Position numbers and translations under genes: made by a program. The notes under the pieces were generated by a model that did not search any database, was not told where the DNA came from, and worked only from the letters and a program-made list of their open reading frames with translations. Shown here piece after piece: positions 46,081 through 56,193 of a stretch of DNA of 64,000 nucleotides (the stretch's first letter is position 1; every line of letters begins with the position of its first letter). The DNA comes from an uncultured Actinomycetota bacterium (GTDB lineage Bacteria > Actinomycetota > Acidimicrobiia > Spongiisociales > UBA4744): positions 193,259-257,258 of the forward strand of contig CAVQVN010000002.1 of NCBI GenBank assembly GCA_963717135.1. Direction: 5' to 3'.

Positions 46081-47108
46081 GCTTCCAGCCTTCCCAGTTC
46101 GGGGACTTCCTCCCAATGCCAGCATGCAACCTGGTGCCCCGGCGACGTGTCGTAGATCGGCGGCTCATCCTTGGCGCAGATCTCGGTGGCGAACGGGCAA
46201 CGGGGATGGAAACGGCATCCACCGGGTGGATCCAGCAGGTTGGGCGGTTCCCCTTTGAGTGGTGCCAGCTTGCGACGGGGGCCCTTGACACTAGGAGTAG
46301 ATGCCAGCAGCAAATAGGTGTAGGGATGCCGCGGACGAGGGAAGACTTCATCGGTCGGACCCAATTCGACGAGTTTGCCTGCGTACATGACGCCAATTCG
46401 ATCGCTGACCTCGGCGATCACGGCAACGTCGTGCGAGATATAGATAATCGACATGCCGAGATCGATCTGGATCTTCTTCAGTTCCTTGAGGATCTGGTCT
46501 TGGACGATCACGTCGAGGGCCGTGGTCGGTTCGTCGGCGATGATCACCTTGGGGTTACACGACAGGGCCATGGCGATGATGGCCCGCTGCCGCATACCGC
46601 CGGAGAATTCGTGTGGGTACCGGTCCATCATGGCTGGGGTCAACCCGACCAGCTCGAACAGCTCGGCGATCCGGGCCCGGCCCTCTGTCTCGGTCATGTT
46701 GGGGAAGTGCTGCTCGAGGGCCTCCATGATCTGGTCGCCCACTTTGTAGACCGGGTTCCAGGCATTCATAGCTCCCTGGAACACCATGGAGATGTCCGCC
46801 CAGCGATGCTTGCGCATCTCCTCATCAGAGAGCTTTGCTATGTCAATCCCGTCCAGGAGTACCTGTCCTTCTTTGATGATGGCGTTGTCGGCCAGCAAGC
46901 GGATCAGCGTCATCGCTATTGAGGTCTTCCCGCAACCCGACTCGCCGACCAATCCCAGAGCTTCTCCATGACCCAGCGAGAACGTAACGTCCTCCACCGC
47001 CGAGACATCGCCTTCCTTGGTCCGGTAGTGCATGACGAGGCCGTCAACCTCCAGAAGGGGGCCACCGCGCACCGCGCCGCTGCTCCGTTGAAAAGAGGTC
47101 GCCGTCAT
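46077..47108 (-). CDS. Peptide ABC transporter ATP-binding protein (OppD/DppD-like)
   Basis: Walker A 'GESGCGKTS', '[15 protein letters not shown]', C-terminal oligopeptide ABC extension. Confidence 0.9.
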   Translation of the reverse strand: MTATSFQRSSGAVRGGPLLEVDGLVMHYRTKEGDVSAVEDVTFSLGHGEALGLVGESGCGKTSIAMTLIRLLADNAIIKEGQVLLDGIDIAKLSDEEMRKHRWADISMVFQGAMNAWNPVYKVGDQIMEALEQHFPNMTETEGRARIAELFELVGLTPAMMDRYPHEFSGGMRQRAIIAMALSCNPKVIIADEPTTALDVIVQDQILKELKKIQIDLGMSIIYISHDVAVIAEVSDRIGVMYAGKLVELGPTDEVFPRPRHPYTYLLLASTPSVKGPRRKLAPLKGEPPNLLDPPGGCRFHPRCPFATEICAKDEPPIYDTSPGHQVACWHWEEVPELGRLEA

Positions 47109-47114
47109 AGATGC

Positions 47115-48206
47115 CTACCGTCTCCGTAGTCGGGGATTGATGATTTCGTCCATGGCCCTTCCCACCAGAAAGAACGAACCGGCCAGCATGGTGACTGCCA
47201 GACCCGCCGGAACGATCAACCACCAGTAGTTGGGGTCGAGTAGATACCCCTGCACTCGAGCCTGGTAGATCATGATGCCCCAACTCATGTCGATGTTGAG
47301 CAACCCGAGGAAGGAGAGGGTCGCCTCGGCGCCGATGGCGTCCGTCACCGAGAACATCATGAAGAGGAAGCTGAGCGGCAACACGTTGGGGATGATATGA
47401 CGAAAGATGAGGTGCATTCGCCCGCCCCCGGCGATTCGGGCAGCATCGATGAAAGGTTTCACTGAGACCGAAAGCGCTTGCGACTTGAGGATGATGGCTG
47501 TACCCCCGAACCCGCCCAAAACGCCAATCAAAAAAGCCAGGTGGAGCAACTGGAAATCGATCAGGGCGCTCAACACGATGAGAATCGGCAGGAACGGCAC
47601 CAGGATGACCAGGTCGGCCAACCGCATAAATAGCGTGTCGACCAATCCACCAAAAAATGCCGATACCGCCCCGACCGTGGTGGCGATGAACACTGCTACC
47701 AGGGCGGCCACGATCCCCAGCATGAAGGCCGCCCGGCTGCTGAACATCAACTGGCTGAGCACGTCCCGTCCCAATGAGTCCGTTCCCAGGAGATGCCGGG
47801 CCGAAGGCGCTGCCGGCTGTTCCGATACGCCAAGAGTATCTCCCACCTTGAGTAGCGGATTGATCAGTCGGGCCGAGAAGAGGTCGACCTGGGTGTCGGG
47901 ATCGGTGACTTCATTATCCGGGACGATGGTCTTCTCGATCACTATGGCTTCGTAGCCGACCACCGGGTCGTAGACGCTCGGGTCCCAGACCGTTCCGATC
48001 AGGATGGGTTGGGCGAGCGCCATTATGCCGAATAGCACGATGACGGCCAGACCGACCAATCCAATCTTGTTTTCGGCGAAGCTGGCCCATCCTTTTCTGA
48101 AGCCCCGCCAGAACAATCGAAGTCGGACTCGCCACAAGGGCTCGGCAACGATCTGGGCGATATCCGGGGAGGTCGCCGGATCGGAATCGATCAGTCGGTC
48201 GGTCAC
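47115..48206 (-). CDS. Peptide ABC transporter permease (OppC/DppC-like) with N-terminal extension
   Basis: Real gene is the C-terminal ~363 aa of the 694-aa track ORF; GTG start with GGGAGGGAG SD 14 nt after the oppB-like stop. Confidence 0.8.
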   Translation of the reverse strand: MTDRLIDSDPATSPDIAQIVAEPLWRVRLRLFWRGFRKGWASFAENKIGLVGLAVIVLFGIMALAQPILIGTVWDPSVYDPVVGYEAIVIEKTIVPDNEVTDPDTQVDLFSARLINPLLKVGDTLGVSEQPAAPSARHLLGTDSLGRDVLSQLMFSSRAAFMLGIVAALVAVFIATTVGAVSAFFGGLVDTLFMRLADLVILVPFLPILIVLSALIDFQLLHLAFLIGVLGGFGGTAIILKSQALSVSVKPFIDAARIAGGGRMHLIFRHIIPNVLPLSFLFMMFSVTDAIGAEATLSFLGLLNIDMSWGIMIYQARVQGYLLDPNYWWLIVPAGLAVTMLAGSFFLVGRAMDEIINPRLRRR

Positions 48207-48220
48207 TGAGCTCTCCCTCC

Positions 48221-49384
48221 CTACACCCGGATCCGGGGATCCAGGTACATGTACATGATGTCGATCACCAGATGGGCGATCAAGGCCAGTACCGCGATGA
48301 AGGCAAACGCTCCGATCGTGAGTGGGATGTCCTCCTGGATGGCGGCCGAGAGGAGCGTGGCACCCATCCCCGGCCAGGAGAACACCGTTTCGGTGACGAC
48401 TCCGCCACCGATCAGAAACGCCAGGCTGAGCACCAGCGAGGTGGTTACGGGCAGCAACGCGTTCCGAGCCGCATGCTTGTCCCTGATGATCTTCTCCGGC
48501 ACACCTTTGGCCCGGGCCGTGAGGATGAAGTCTTCCCGCAACGTCTCGAGCATTGAGGCTCTCGTCAACAGCATGGTGGCCCCGTAGCCGATCAACGCCA
48601 GCGTGATCGTGGGAAGCAACAAATGCCAGCCTATGTCGAGTGCGTAGGGGACCTGTTCGCTCCAAGCGGTCGTCCACCAGAGCAGCAAGCCACCGACGAG
48701 CAAGATCCGGCCCGCCCAGATCAACTGTTTGCCCCGCCGCCGGTCCTTGGCCCGTCGTCCGATGATCTCGACCGCCGTCAGCACCAGACCGACGATCAGG
48801 GTCGTGATCAACATGCGGTTGAAGACTCCGTTGGCCTCGACGCCGGCCGGAGCATCCAGCCAGGTCTCCACCGTCAGGAATTTGCCGATCGGAAACCAGC
48901 CCAGCCCGAAGGCGAAGGCCCAAATCATCATTAGTGCAAACCACGGATAGAACACCGTCTGGAAGAAGACGCCGGTGGTGGTCATGGCAGTCTCGAGCTT
49001 GGTACCCCGCCGCCAGGCAATGAGCTTGCCCGACTTGAATCCCATCCAGAACGAGAGCAGCGTGGCGAAGAGGAAGAGGGCCAATGTCCTGGGCAGCCGT
49101 TCGCCGATGATCGACGTTACTTCGCGGGGGTATTCGGAAAACGAGATTCCCAGGTTTCCGGTGAAGAAGTTCTTCATGTAGGTGAGGTACTGGGTCCACA
49201 CGGAGCCGGTCAGGCCCAGTTGTTCCCGGAACTGTTCACGGACTTCCGGAGTGATCTTGGGGTTCGCCAAGAACTGCTGACTGATGTCGCCGGGTTGAGC
49301 TTGCAGGAGAAAAAAGGTGGCGGTCAGGAACACTACGAACACGAGCACGTTCTGCACAGTCCTCCGGCCGATGTACTTCAGCAC
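48221..49384 (-). CDS. Peptide ABC transporter permease (OppB/DppB-like)
   Basis: 'MLKYIGRRTVQNVLVFVVFLTATFFLL' classic OppB N-terminus. Confidence 0.9.
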   Translation of the reverse strand: MLKYIGRRTVQNVLVFVVFLTATFFLLQAQPGDISQQFLANPKITPEVREQFREQLGLTGSVWTQYLTYMKNFFTGNLGISFSEYPREVTSIIGERLPRTLALFLFATLLSFWMGFKSGKLIAWRRGTKLETAMTTTGVFFQTVFYPWFALMMIWAFAFGLGWFPIGKFLTVETWLDAPAGVEANGVFNRMLITTLIVGLVLTAVEIIGRRAKDRRRGKQLIWAGRILLVGGLLLWWTTAWSEQVPYALDIGWHLLLPTITLALIGYGATMLLTRASMLETLREDFILTARAKGVPEKIIRDKHAARNALLPVTTSLVLSLAFLIGGGVVTETVFSWPGMGATLLSAAIQEDIPLTIGAFAFIAVLALIAHLVIDIMYMYLDPRIRV

Positions 49385-49447
49385 GCAAGTCCCTTCCGAC
49401 GCGAGGAAGTTGGTCGAGGCAGGTTAGCAAAGGAGCCCTGGGGACGT

Positions 49448-49480
49448 GCAATGGGGAGGGCCGAAGCCCTCCCCATTGGC
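49448..49480. terminator. 13-15-bp perfect GC stem-loop (CAATGGGGAGGGC-cgaa-GCCCTCCCCATTG) between the binding-protein gene and the permease genes; likely intra-operon attenuator
   Basis: Seen in sequence in the 115-nt gap. Confidence 0.45.
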
Positions 49481-49499
49481 ATTCCAATTGAGGTTCTGC

Positions 49500-51542
49500 T
49501 CAGTCGACAGCCTGAATGTCGGCCGGCAGACCGCTCAGGTTCTGGATTCCGTCCAGCGTATCGGTGAACGGGAAGACCAGGGTTGTGCGATAGGCCTCCA
49601 GGATCGGCGTCTGGAAGAGCACCACGTAGGGAGCTTCCTCGACGATGATCCGGTCCATTTCCTGGACCGCCGCCTTGGCCGTGTCCACGTCGGTGGCGGC
49701 CAGCAGCTCGGCGGCCAGCTCGTCGACCCGATCGTTGGCGTACCCGGGGGTGTTGAAGCCACCCTCGGCCGAGTCCTGGTACGAGGCGAAGAACGACTCG
49801 TGGAAGGTCGGCAAGGAAGCATCGCCGAGGCCCCAACCCAGGATGTACATGTCCCAGGTAAGCGCCTCTTCGCCCAGCGCAAACGCCTTGTCGACGATGA
49901 CGCTGAAGCCGGTCGGGTTGGCCTTTACCGGGATACCCAGGTTTCCGGCCCACTCTGCGATCCACACCGAGTAGGTGGAACGCAACGGGTCGTAGCCGGG
50001 TCCGGGAGCCAGCAGCTCCAGCTCAGGAACGGCAACGCCGTTGGGGTCTTTCAGGCCTGTACCGGTACCGGCCAGGAGCTCCTGGTTGTCGGCATCCCAT
50101 TCGGGAGCCACGTCCCAAGTGAAGCCGCCGTCCGTCAGGATCTGTACGGCCTGGGTGAACCGCTCTTCGCCGCTCAGTCCCTTGCACAGCTGCTCAACGT
50201 CGGGATTGGCCCAGAACGTGTTGCCGGACGGCACCAGGCTGTAGGTAGCCAGCGCCGCACCTTGCAGCAGGGTCTGCATGAATTCCTTGTCGATCATGCA
50301 GGCCAAGCCGCGCCGGAACGCTTGTTCCGACATCGGCGACTTGCGCATGTTGAACGCCAGGTAGCGGAACCCGTTCGAGGCGTTGGCGATCAGATTGAGG
50401 TCCGGAGCGGACGTGATCTGGTCCTTCAATCCAGCCTGGAGACCCAGGGAGCTGAGGATGAAGTCGACCTCACCGTTGCGCAGAGCGAGGATGGCCGCGT
50501 TCTGGTCGGAGTAGATCGAGTAGAGCACATCGCTGGCGTACGGACCGGAAGTCCACTGAGTGGTGACTTCGCCCTCACCGGATCCGTTGTACACCTCATC
50601 GATTCCCCGGGCGTCGTTCTTCTGACGGAATGAGCCATCGGCGTAGAAGGTGAACTCGGTGCCTGCGTAGTAGTCGCCGGCGTTCATCGTGTTCTGGGCG
50701 AAGGCGCCCGGCTCACGACCCGAGTAGATCATCTCTCCGGCGGACGGCTCACCCTCACCACTGAAGGCGTACAGCGTGGCCGACGGATCGTCGCTGGCCC
50801 GTGCCTCTTCGACCATGTCGGCCCAGAAGTGCTCCGGCATGAATGGCGCCAAACCGACGCCGTTGTTCCAGAGGGCCAGACCAGGCTCTGCGGAGAACTC
50901 GACGCGAACCGTGTAATCGTCCACGGCTGTGACACTGGTCACACCCTCGCGGGCTGGTGACGATTCATCCTCTTCGGTGGCCGGGTCATCCTCTACGGCA
51001 TCCGCCTGCAACGAGAAATATCCGGGCCAGTTGCCACCCAAACCGAATTCCGACATCACCGTGTAAGTGAAGACCAGGTCGTTGGCGGTGACTTCCTCAC
51101 CGTCCGACCACAGGACACCCGGACGAATAGTCTGCTCGACGGCCCAAACATCGCCTTCTTGCACAACCGGGTTCGGTTCACCTTCTGCCAGTTGCGGCGC
51201 CACCAGGATGTTCGGATAGCGAATCGTGAACAGTGCCGGGTGGCTGCTGCCCAGGACGTAGCCGTTGTAGACATCCGCCTCCGGACCGAGATAGGCCCAG
51301 AAGTTGTCGGTCGTCAAGTCGCTAAAGATGCCGATTTTGTAGGTAAATCCCTCGACAGTGGGTGCGGCGGTAGTAGTGGTGCCACCGTCGTCCGAAGGAG
51401 CCGCCGTGGTGGTGGTCTCTCCGGCCGTCGTTTCGGTGGTTCCCTCCGCGCACGCCGCGGCGATCATCGCCAAAATGGCAATAATGGCCAGCCAGCGCCA
51501 CTTCGAGAGTTTCCGTGATGCTCTCACAGTGCAACCCTCCAT
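49500..51542 (-). CDS. Peptide/nickel-family (SBP family 5) substrate-binding lipoprotein, unusually long with Thr-rich linker
   Basis: Internal ATG gives 'MEGCTVRASRKLSKWRWLAIIAILAMIAAAC' (signal plus lipobox); track N-terminal 88 aa are an artefact. Confidence 0.8.
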   Translation of the reverse strand: MEGCTVRASRKLSKWRWLAIIAILAMIAAACAEGTTETTAGETTTTAAPSDDGGTTTTAAPTVEGFTYKIGIFSDLTTDNFWAYLGPEADVYNGYVLGSSHPALFTIRYPNILVAPQLAEGEPNPVVQEGDVWAVEQTIRPGVLWSDGEEVTANDLVFTYTVMSEFGLGGNWPGYFSLQADAVEDDPATEEDESSPAREGVTSVTAVDDYTVRVEFSAEPGLALWNNGVGLAPFMPEHFWADMVEEARASDDPSATLYAFSGEGEPSAGEMIYSGREPGAFAQNTMNAGDYYAGTEFTFYADGSFRQKNDARGIDEVYNGSGEGEVTTQWTSGPYASDVLYSIYSDQNAAILALRNGEVDFILSSLGLQAGLKDQITSAPDLNLIANASNGFRYLAFNMRKSPMSEQAFRRGLACMIDKEFMQTLLQGAALATYSLVPSGNTFWANPDVEQLCKGLSGEERFTQAVQILTDGGFTWDVAPEWDADNQELLAGTGTGLKDPNGVAVPELELLAPGPGYDPLRSTYSVWIAEWAGNLGIPVKANPTGFSVIVDKAFALGEEALTWDMYILGWGLGDASLPTFHESFFASYQDSAEGGFNTPGYANDRVDELAAELLAATDVDTAKAAVQEMDRIIVEEAPYVVLFQTPILEAYRTTLVFPFTDTLDGIQNLSGLPADIQAVD

Positions 51543-51690
51543 GTTTCTTCCGATTTCCCGTCCCTTGCGACCCCATCCGCTGGGTGCGGCGGCAGCCCTC
51601 CTCAAAGAACGATCGGAAGGATAGCCCCGCCCATGGCAGGCGCCAATCTTTGCTTGGCAGGTATTTCCAGGCCGGTTGTGCCCGGAGGTC

Positions 51691-52707
51691 TCAGGCGGAC
51701 AGCGCGCCGACCGACGGGAGGAATTCCTCAGAGGCGGGATCGGCCGATGGAAGTGAGAGGACAAATATGCTGACGCGGTGCTCATATCGATAGGTGAGGT
51801 CGCCACCCATCAGACGGGCAAGTTGCCGGGAGACGTTCAATCCCAGACCAACCGAGCCCGAGACCGGGGTGTCTGTGTGTCCCTGCTGGTACGCCTCGAA
51901 AACGGTCTCTCGCTCCTTCTCTGGAATACCCGGGCCGTCGTCGCAGACGCAGACAGTTGATTGTCCACTCCCCGATCGCACCACCACCGAGATTGATTCA
52001 CCTCCGTACCGGATGGCGTTGGTGAGAAGGTTGCGAATGATCTGGCGGACCCGGGATGGGTCCGCTCGCACCGGAGAATGCTCTATGTCCAAAGAGATGG
52101 AGTCGCGTACCTCCTTAGCGCACACACAACCCCGCACCACGGTCCGGACCTCACTGCCCAGATCGATCAATTCGGGAACGATGGTCATCGTTCCCACTTC
52201 GGCGCGGGCGGCCACCAGCAGGTCCTCGATGATGTTGTTGATTTCCCGACTCTGATCACCGATCAGCTCGGCCAATTCGCCGTACTCCATATCCCCTTGC
52301 GCCCACAAAGCATCCCGCAACTCGTCGGCGAATCCCAATACCACGGTAAGCGGGTTTCGTACCTCATGGCTGACGGTTGCCACAAACTGGTCCTTCGAAC
52401 GCATCAGATTCTCGAGTTGAGTGTTGGCGGCACTCAACTCAGCAGTGCGGTCCTTGACCTTCTCGTCGGTAGCTCGCAGGGCAGCGTCGACATTCGAGTA
52501 CTCAATACCGATCAACCTGCCGGCAAACCCGAGAACGAGTGGAGCCAGATCGACGATCCAGAGGACGGACTGGGCAGCGTGTGCCGCGGAAATCTGGTCG
52601 AAGGAATGCCCGCCGCCTGCCAGCATCCATCCGGCCGCCGGAAAGAGCGCCCCAAACAGTATTCCGCCCAAAGTCCACCGGCGGATGAGCGATCTGCGAC
52701 GTTGCAT
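51691..52707 (-). CDS. Sensor histidine kinase (2-TM sensor, HisKA plus HATPase_c); no response regulator in the window
   Basis: H-box 'ATVSHEVRNPLTVVLGF', N-box 'RNLLTNAIRYG', G-boxes 'DDGPGIP', 'GSVGLGLNVS'. Confidence 0.8.
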   Translation of the reverse strand: MQRRRSLIRRWTLGGILFGALFPAAGWMLAGGGHSFDQISAAHAAQSVLWIVDLAPLVLGFAGRLIGIEYSNVDAALRATDEKVKDRTAELSAANTQLENLMRSKDQFVATVSHEVRNPLTVVLGFADELRDALWAQGDMEYGELAELIGDQSREINNIIEDLLVAARAEVGTMTIVPELIDLGSEVRTVVRGCVCAKEVRDSISLDIEHSPVRADPSRVRQIIRNLLTNAIRYGGESISVVVRSGSGQSTVCVCDDGPGIPEKERETVFEAYQQGHTDTPVSGSVGLGLNVSRQLARLMGGDLTYRYEHRVSIFVLSLPSADPASEEFLPSVGALSA

Positions 52708-52768
52708 GTCACCCAGAGTTATCGGCGGCACGAAGGTAAATCCTGAGCAAGAGTGCAGGCTTGGTCCG

Positions 52769-52909
52769 TCAGGATTGCTTGCTTCGCTGCCAGAACACCC
52801 AGTACATGAACCCGAGCCAGGCAACCCCGCCCATGGTGGAGAAAAGATCATCGCCGAACGACCACATCAATACAGCCGGTAACCAGCCCACCAACATCCA
52901 CCAGATCAT
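52769..52909 (-). CDS. Possible small membrane protein (46 aa) upstream of the histidine kinase
   Basis: 'MIWWMLVGWLPAVLMWSFGDDLFSTMGGVAWLGFMYWVFWQRSKQS' is Trp-rich and hydrophobic; the rest of the 183-aa track ORF looks non-coding. Confidence 0.3.
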   Translation of the reverse strand: MIWWMLVGWLPAVLMWSFGDDLFSTMGGVAWLGFMYWVFWQRSKQS

Positions 52910-53198
52910 GTTGGAGTTGCTCACTACCCAACGGTAATCCAGGGCGCCTTTCGTAGTGTTTCTAGCGGTCGGGGTTTGAACCTCCCCGAGTCTTCTGGAG
53001 GCTCCATGACCAACCCGGGATTTCGGCAACCAGAAATCCGGTAGAGACAACGTCAATGTGTTCACCCGGCTGGGTTCGATAGAAACCCCGGTGCCGGACG
53101 CGTTCAAGCCATTCGGTGGAGGTACCGGCTGCCAAACGGGGTGCGGCCTGGGATGAGGTGCTGGGCAGCACCCGGCGGGCTCTCGCTGAGGCGCGTCG

Positions 53199-53591
53199 GT
53201 GACGGCTTTCGTCGACACCAACGTTCTAATCAGGCATCTTACCGCCGATCCTCCGGACCTGGCCGCACGCGCCACCGCCTTCCTGGCTGGAGCCGAAGAG
53301 TTGCTCCTCCCCGACCTCATCGTTGCTGAAGTCGTCTACGTGCTCGAGTCTTTCTATGAGTTACCCGTCGACGAGGTGGCCCGGTTGGTGCGATCGGTGA
53401 TCGCGTTCCCTCCCATCCGGACGCTGGATTCTGCCCTCCTGCTCCGTGCGCTAGAGGTGTACGAAACCCACCGCATCGACTTCGCAGAGGCCTGTCTAGC
53501 GGCATCGGCCGAGGCCTCCGGGATACACGACATCACCTCATACGACCGAAGCATCGACCGTGTGACCACCGCCAACCGGACCGAACCCTGA
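53199..53591 (+). CDS. vapC: PIN-domain ribonuclease toxin VapC
   Basis: 'FVDTNVLIRHL', 'LLLPDLIVAEVVYVL', 'RIDFAEACLAASAEASG', 'ITSYDRS'; GTG start. Confidence 0.8.
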   Translation: MTAFVDTNVLIRHLTADPPDLAARATAFLAGAEELLLPDLIVAEVVYVLESFYELPVDEVARLVRSVIAFPPIRTLDSALLLRALEVYETHRIDFAEACLAASAEASGIHDITSYDRSIDRVTTANRTEP

Positions 53592-54266
53592 CCCCAGGCC
53601 AAGTTGGCGACACCAGCGAGGTGAGACCTCACCGATGATTCCGACGCTGCCGGATGTGTGGCCTGACCAGGCCCCAACCGCCCCGAGCCGCATCGGCGGT
53701 CTCGGGCGGTGTCGCCGACCTGTGGTTGAATCAGGGGATGCGAAAGCGCCTGTGGACTGTTGCTCTGGGTCATTTTCAGCTCGGGCTTAGCGATTCGAGA
53801 TCTGTGGCTCGCTGCGCAGGGCAGAGGCGTGACACCCAACCGGTTGCTTCGCTCCGAGACGACTGCTTTCAGCTTGTCTGCGATTTGCGGTCTGGCAGCG
53901 CTGACATCTCTGCGAGCAACCGGTCGCGCCGGGGTTAAGGCGCTGACGACCGCCACTGATGCAGCGGGAGTCGCAGCCGTCGTGATGCACGGAGTTCGCC
54001 TCGTCATCTATCTCAGGGAGCGTGGGACAAAACCCCGATGACGTCGCTGCGCTCACGAGGCAGCGCGACGCCGATCAACAGATAGCAGACGAGAACGAGC
54101 GGAACCCCAGACCGAGCCGAACGGCATTTCCTGCGCTACCGGCCCAGCTCCGCGGTATACGCGGGCCGTGGCAGAGTCTCCCCGACCGATACGCTCGATC
54201 TGTCGGATACCCGCCACACCATGGGCGAGATCGGGCTCATAAGGCATTAGCCCAGAGGCTCTTTTC

Positions 54267-55511
54267 CTACCCGCCGGCCCGCAATGCATCCACCGGTTCC
54301 AGCCGTGCGGCTCGCAACGCCGGGTAGACACCTGCAATGAGCCCGGTGACCGCTCCGAGTGAGGGGGCGGCCAACGGAACCCAGGGATCGAGCACCGGCG
54401 TCCAGGTACGGGTGGCGGACACGACAACGACGACCAGCACACCGACGCTCGTGCCGATGATGCCGCCCGCCAATCCCATTCCGGTCGATTCGACGAGGAA
54501 TTGGGCGGCGATATGCCGGCGCGCTGCTCCCACCGCTCTACGAAGCCCGATCTCGCCGATGCGTTCCAACACCGACACCAGGGTCACATTGGCGATCCCG
54601 ATGGCCCCGACGAGCAGGGATACGCCCCCCAGAACCAAGAAGAGGGCGTTCACGTCCTCTTCCACATCCCTGCGCAGATCCTCAGGTTCGGGAGGTTTTT
54701 GAACCCGCAACAAGCCTGGCTCCTCCGGCGATAAGGCAACGGCGGCTTGGGACGCGATCAGCGAAGCAGCGCCGATCTCGGTGTCGATCTGGACCGTCTC
54801 AGGAGATTCGAGATCGTAAAGCGCTTGGGCCGTGCCCTCCGGGACAATCACTGCGTTCAATAGCTCCGGTTGGCGGTCCACCTCCGTCAGGATCCCGACG
54901 GCCACGAAGCTCACTTCACCAACAAAGATGACAGGTTGCTGATCGACCCTGACAATATTCAGCTTCTGAGCGGCTCCCCTTCCCAATACGGCGACACGAT
55001 CGGCCCGCCGTGAATGCCCGAGGTCGAACCAGCGGCCGGTTGAGAGAGTGCCTCTGACTGCTTCGTAGAGTCCCGGCGATGCTGCGATCATCGGTATTTG
55101 GAATTCGGTCTGACCGAGCGGATCGTTGATAGGCACCGAACGGGTGAGGTCGGCGCCCACGGACACGTTGGCCATGCTGCCCGCTGCGATCACTCCATTG
55201 AGCCTGTTGAGGCGGTCTTCGGCGTCCCATGGTATGGCCACCCTGGGGGCTTCGCTTCCGAAGAATCCTCGATCCGACGACACCACGACCGAGGTGGCGG
55301 CAAGCTCGTTGAAGGTCCCGACGATCTGGTTTCCCGCCGTCTTGGCAATACCAAGCGTGGCCACCAGGGCACCGATGCCCAGCACCGTGCCCAGCACGGT
55401 AAGGAAGGTACGGCCCGGTCTGGCGAACAGGCCGGCCGTTGCCTCTGACGCCAGGTCACGGGCCGAAAGTCGGGCGGGCCGCAGCGGATCATCCAACTCG
55501 GCCGTCCTCAC
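54267..55511 (-). CDS. ABC transporter permease, FtsX/MacB family
   Basis: N-terminal TM, large extracytoplasmic domain, C-terminal FtsX 4-helix region. Confidence 0.85.
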   Translation of the reverse strand: MRTAELDDPLRPARLSARDLASEATAGLFARPGRTFLTVLGTVLGIGALVATLGIAKTAGNQIVGTFNELAATSVVVSSDRGFFGSEAPRVAIPWDAEDRLNRLNGVIAAGSMANVSVGADLTRSVPINDPLGQTEFQIPMIAASPGLYEAVRGTLSTGRWFDLGHSRRADRVAVLGRGAAQKLNIVRVDQQPVIFVGEVSFVAVGILTEVDRQPELLNAVIVPEGTAQALYDLESPETVQIDTEIGAASLIASQAAVALSPEEPGLLRVQKPPEPEDLRRDVEEDVNALFLVLGGVSLLVGAIGIANVTLVSVLERIGEIGLRRAVGAARRHIAAQFLVESTGMGLAGGIIGTSVGVLVVVVVSATRTWTPVLDPWVPLAAPSLGAVTGLIAGVYPALRAARLEPVDALRAGG

Positions 55512-56193
55512 TCAGGTTCCCGTCTCGCATCGAGACAGAACGTCGGGCGTGGGCACTGACCTGTTCGTCATGGGTCACCACGATGAGGGTGAGCCCATCG
55601 TCGCGGAGTTCCTCGAATAACCCGAGGATCGCTTCGGAGGTGGCACTGTCGAGATTGCCGGTTGGCTCATCGCACAGCAGTAGGGCGGGGTGGGTGACGG
55701 TGGCTCTGGCGATAGCTACACGTTGCCGTTCCCCACCCGATAGCTTGCCGGGCCGGAAATCCATCCGGTGGCTCAGCCCGACTCGCGTCAGGGAGTCGCG
55801 CGCCAGCTGCTCTCGCCTGGCCCGGGGCCAGCGGTTGTAGAGCATCGCCACCATCACGTTTTCCAGCACCGTTCGATTCGGGAGGAGGTGAAATTCTTGA
55901 AAGACGAATCCGATCCTTTGCCCCCGCAATGCGGTCCTGTCCCCCTCGCTCAGATCTGAGACATCTCGACCTTCAAAACGGTATTGGCCTCCTGACGGGC
56001 GGTCGAGAAGCCCGAGAATGTTCAACAGGCTCGACTTGCCGCTCCCAGACGGTCCGACCACAGAGAGATAGTCACCGTCGCGGACGCACAGATGGACGTC
56101 GCGCAGGGCTTTCACCTCCACTTCCCCCGACTGGTAGGTCAGGTCGATGCCGGTCAACTCAATGACGGGTGTTCCGTTACGAGCCGGTTGCAT
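55489..56193 (-). CDS. ABC transporter ATP-binding protein (MacB/LolD-type)
   Basis: 'VVGPSGSGKSSLLNILG', 'LSGGERQRVAIARA', 'LLCDEPTGNLD'. Confidence 0.9.
   Translation of the reverse strand: MQPARNGTPVIELTGIDLTYQSGEVEVKALRDVHLCVRDGDYLSVVGPSGSGKSSLLNILGLLDRPSGGQYRFEGRDVSDLSEGDRTALRGQRIGFVFQEFHLLPNRTVLENVMVAMLYNRWPRARREQLARDSLTRVGLSHRMDFRPGKLSGGERQRVAIARATVTHPALLLCDEPTGNLDSATSEAILGLFEELRDDGLTLIVVTHDEQVSAHARRSVSMRDGNLSEDGRVG

Noticed and set aside
52966-52996. tRNA-like fragment (GGTCGGGG-TTTGAAC-CTCCCCGAG) near vapC
   Set aside because: The stem-loop resembles a T-arm, but the loop lacks the invariant TTCRANY pattern and no D or anticodon arms are present. Possibly a decayed att or tRNA remnant; not a gene.
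53041-53202. VapB antitoxin upstream of vapC
   Set aside because: All frames are interrupted by stop codons within 40 codons, so no intact antitoxin ORF exists; only a possible degenerate C-terminal remnant.
53760-54041. 93-aa ORF 'MLWVIFSSGLAIRDLW...' in the gene-poor stretch
   Set aside because: Weakly hydrophobic, with no SD, no homology signal, and lower-GC context. Cannot be supported as a gene.
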